A stretch of 64,000 nt of DNA, from contig JAVKOQ020000001.1 in assembly GCA_031835245.2 (NCBI GenBank), positions 248,001 through 312,000 of the forward strand, given 5' to 3'. The notes beneath the pieces were generated by a model. That model made no database searches. It saw only the letters and a list, made by a program, of their open reading frames with translations, and had not been told where the DNA came from. The translations under genes were made by a program, and so were the position numbers. The DNA comes from Balamuthia mandrillaris (lineage: Eukaryota). The stretch's first letter is position 1. Each line of letters begins with the position of its first letter. This document shows, piece after piece, positions 62,797 through 64,000 of the stretch.

Positions 62797-62842
<46 letters not shown>

Positions 62843-63037
62843 AGGGAGGGAAGGAGAACCTTCATAGTTTAGCACCTCAACACAAAGAGACGGTACTTGA
62901 CTGGAAATGTATGGATGGCAGGAAGGAGGATTGGTAGCTTCGGTCCATGGTACCTGCCCAGACACGCACAAACAACAACCTGTTAAGAATAAAAGCAACA
63001 GGGCAGTCCAAGACTTGATGATACCACGTCGAGTCAT
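60520..63037 (-). CDS. Frizzled/Smoothened-like GPCR (paralog 2)
   Basis: Signal peptide, CRD-like Cys exons, CGFRCPLP, RRFPANL, CTLQG, MHPLAWG, ECL3 YNEYLTCL. Confidence 0.87.
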
Positions 63038-63370
63038 CGTCTTATTGCTTCTGTTAATTTTTGTTCTTGTTTGTGCTTGTGTTTCGCTCGTCGCATGTTT
63101 TTCTATGTTTGCTTATTGTTGCCTCGCGTCAATTCAAGTAATCACTAAGATTGGGCGGAGGGTGAAAGCACTGACACATTAAAGATTGGGTGGAGGGTAA
63201 CGAAGCAACTCGTCTCAGCCAGTCAATACCGTGTTCTAACGCTGCTATTGGTGTATTGAAATGGAAGTAATTATTAAGATCCTTTTTAGTAAATTGAAGC
63301 GACGTTTCATTAAGTTAATACAAGCGTATGATTAATAGTTTTTTTTTTTGAAATTGCGAATGGCGTACGT

Positions 63371-64000
63371 TTATTTCTGGCTCTGTTTGTATTGCACCGA
63401 ACGAGCAACTGCTTGTTGGAATAGTTCGATAAGTTCGTCTGGTTCGTCGATGCTCGTAGAAAACAATTCTCCACGAAGGTAATGCACTCCATAGTAGGCT
63501 GCCATGTTCTCAAAATGATAGTTTCCATACCGACTTGGAAGCCACAGCTTTTTGGAAAACAACTTCAACTCAAAGAAAACAACTTGGAACCAAAATAAAG
63601 GGAAAACGAGAGCGAGGAAGCGAGGGAGGGGGAGAGGAGATAGGAGGGGAGAGGAAGAGAACAATAAGGATAGGGAAGTGAAGACGTACTTCAATAAGAG
63701 TGGAAGAGGAAGGAAGAAAAGTGACATGAGCCAAAGCCGCCCCATGGACTCCAAACAACACATCCGTCTTTCGAATAGCTTCCAATTGTTCTCGGAACGT
63801 CATCGTTGCAAAGTCCAAATTACGAACGACGCAGCACTCCGCAAACTTTTCGCGAACCAGTTGAACGAATTCGTCGTGATTATCAATCTTTCGGTCGACT
63901 TCTTTCGTGCCTAGATAAGGGTCGTTCTCGTAGTCTCTTCTCTCGATGACAGTGATAGTGATGGGATCTTCTTTGAGCGGTTGAATTCTATTCAGGTCAA
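63371..64000 (-). CDS. Glycosyltransferase family 61 (EOGT/POMGNT2-like), 3' part
   Basis: MTFREQLEAIRKTDVLFGVHGAALAHVTFLP..LIE is the GT61 HGA motif, followed by YHFENMA..G. The gene runs off the window. Confidence 0.88.

Overview
Gene-dense eukaryotic DNA with many short spliceosomal introns carrying (CT)n microsatellites. Gene content (SHK-type SH2 kinase, Frizzled/Smoothened-like receptors, Fe-SOD) suggests an amoebozoan protist; this is inference. About 25 protein genes can be supported: ENT nucleoside transporter, atypical Zn-finger protein, MAPEG protein, giant Cys-rich 7TM receptor, Fe-SOD, TAP42/alpha4, two Frizzled/Smoothened-like GPCRs, two tandem GATA factors, PDK/BCKDK-family kinase, LRR protein, divergent pepsin-like protease, PH-kinase-SH2 protein, intronless topoisomerase IB, Kelch protein, partial GT61 and several orphan secreted proteins. 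I saw no rRNA, tRNA, CRISPR array or intact transposase. Top observations: (1) one gene that appears to splice in frame into DEP-DAG kinase-DEP-C2-LNS2 with an intact DxDGT phosphatase motif, a candidate bifunctional DAG kinase/PA phosphatase; (2) a secreted protein made of about 30 YDGGDVx heptads; (3) a minimal, intronless TOP1 next to it, flanked by a telomere-like motif and a G11C14 tract. Exon boundaries were read by eye and many are approximate.
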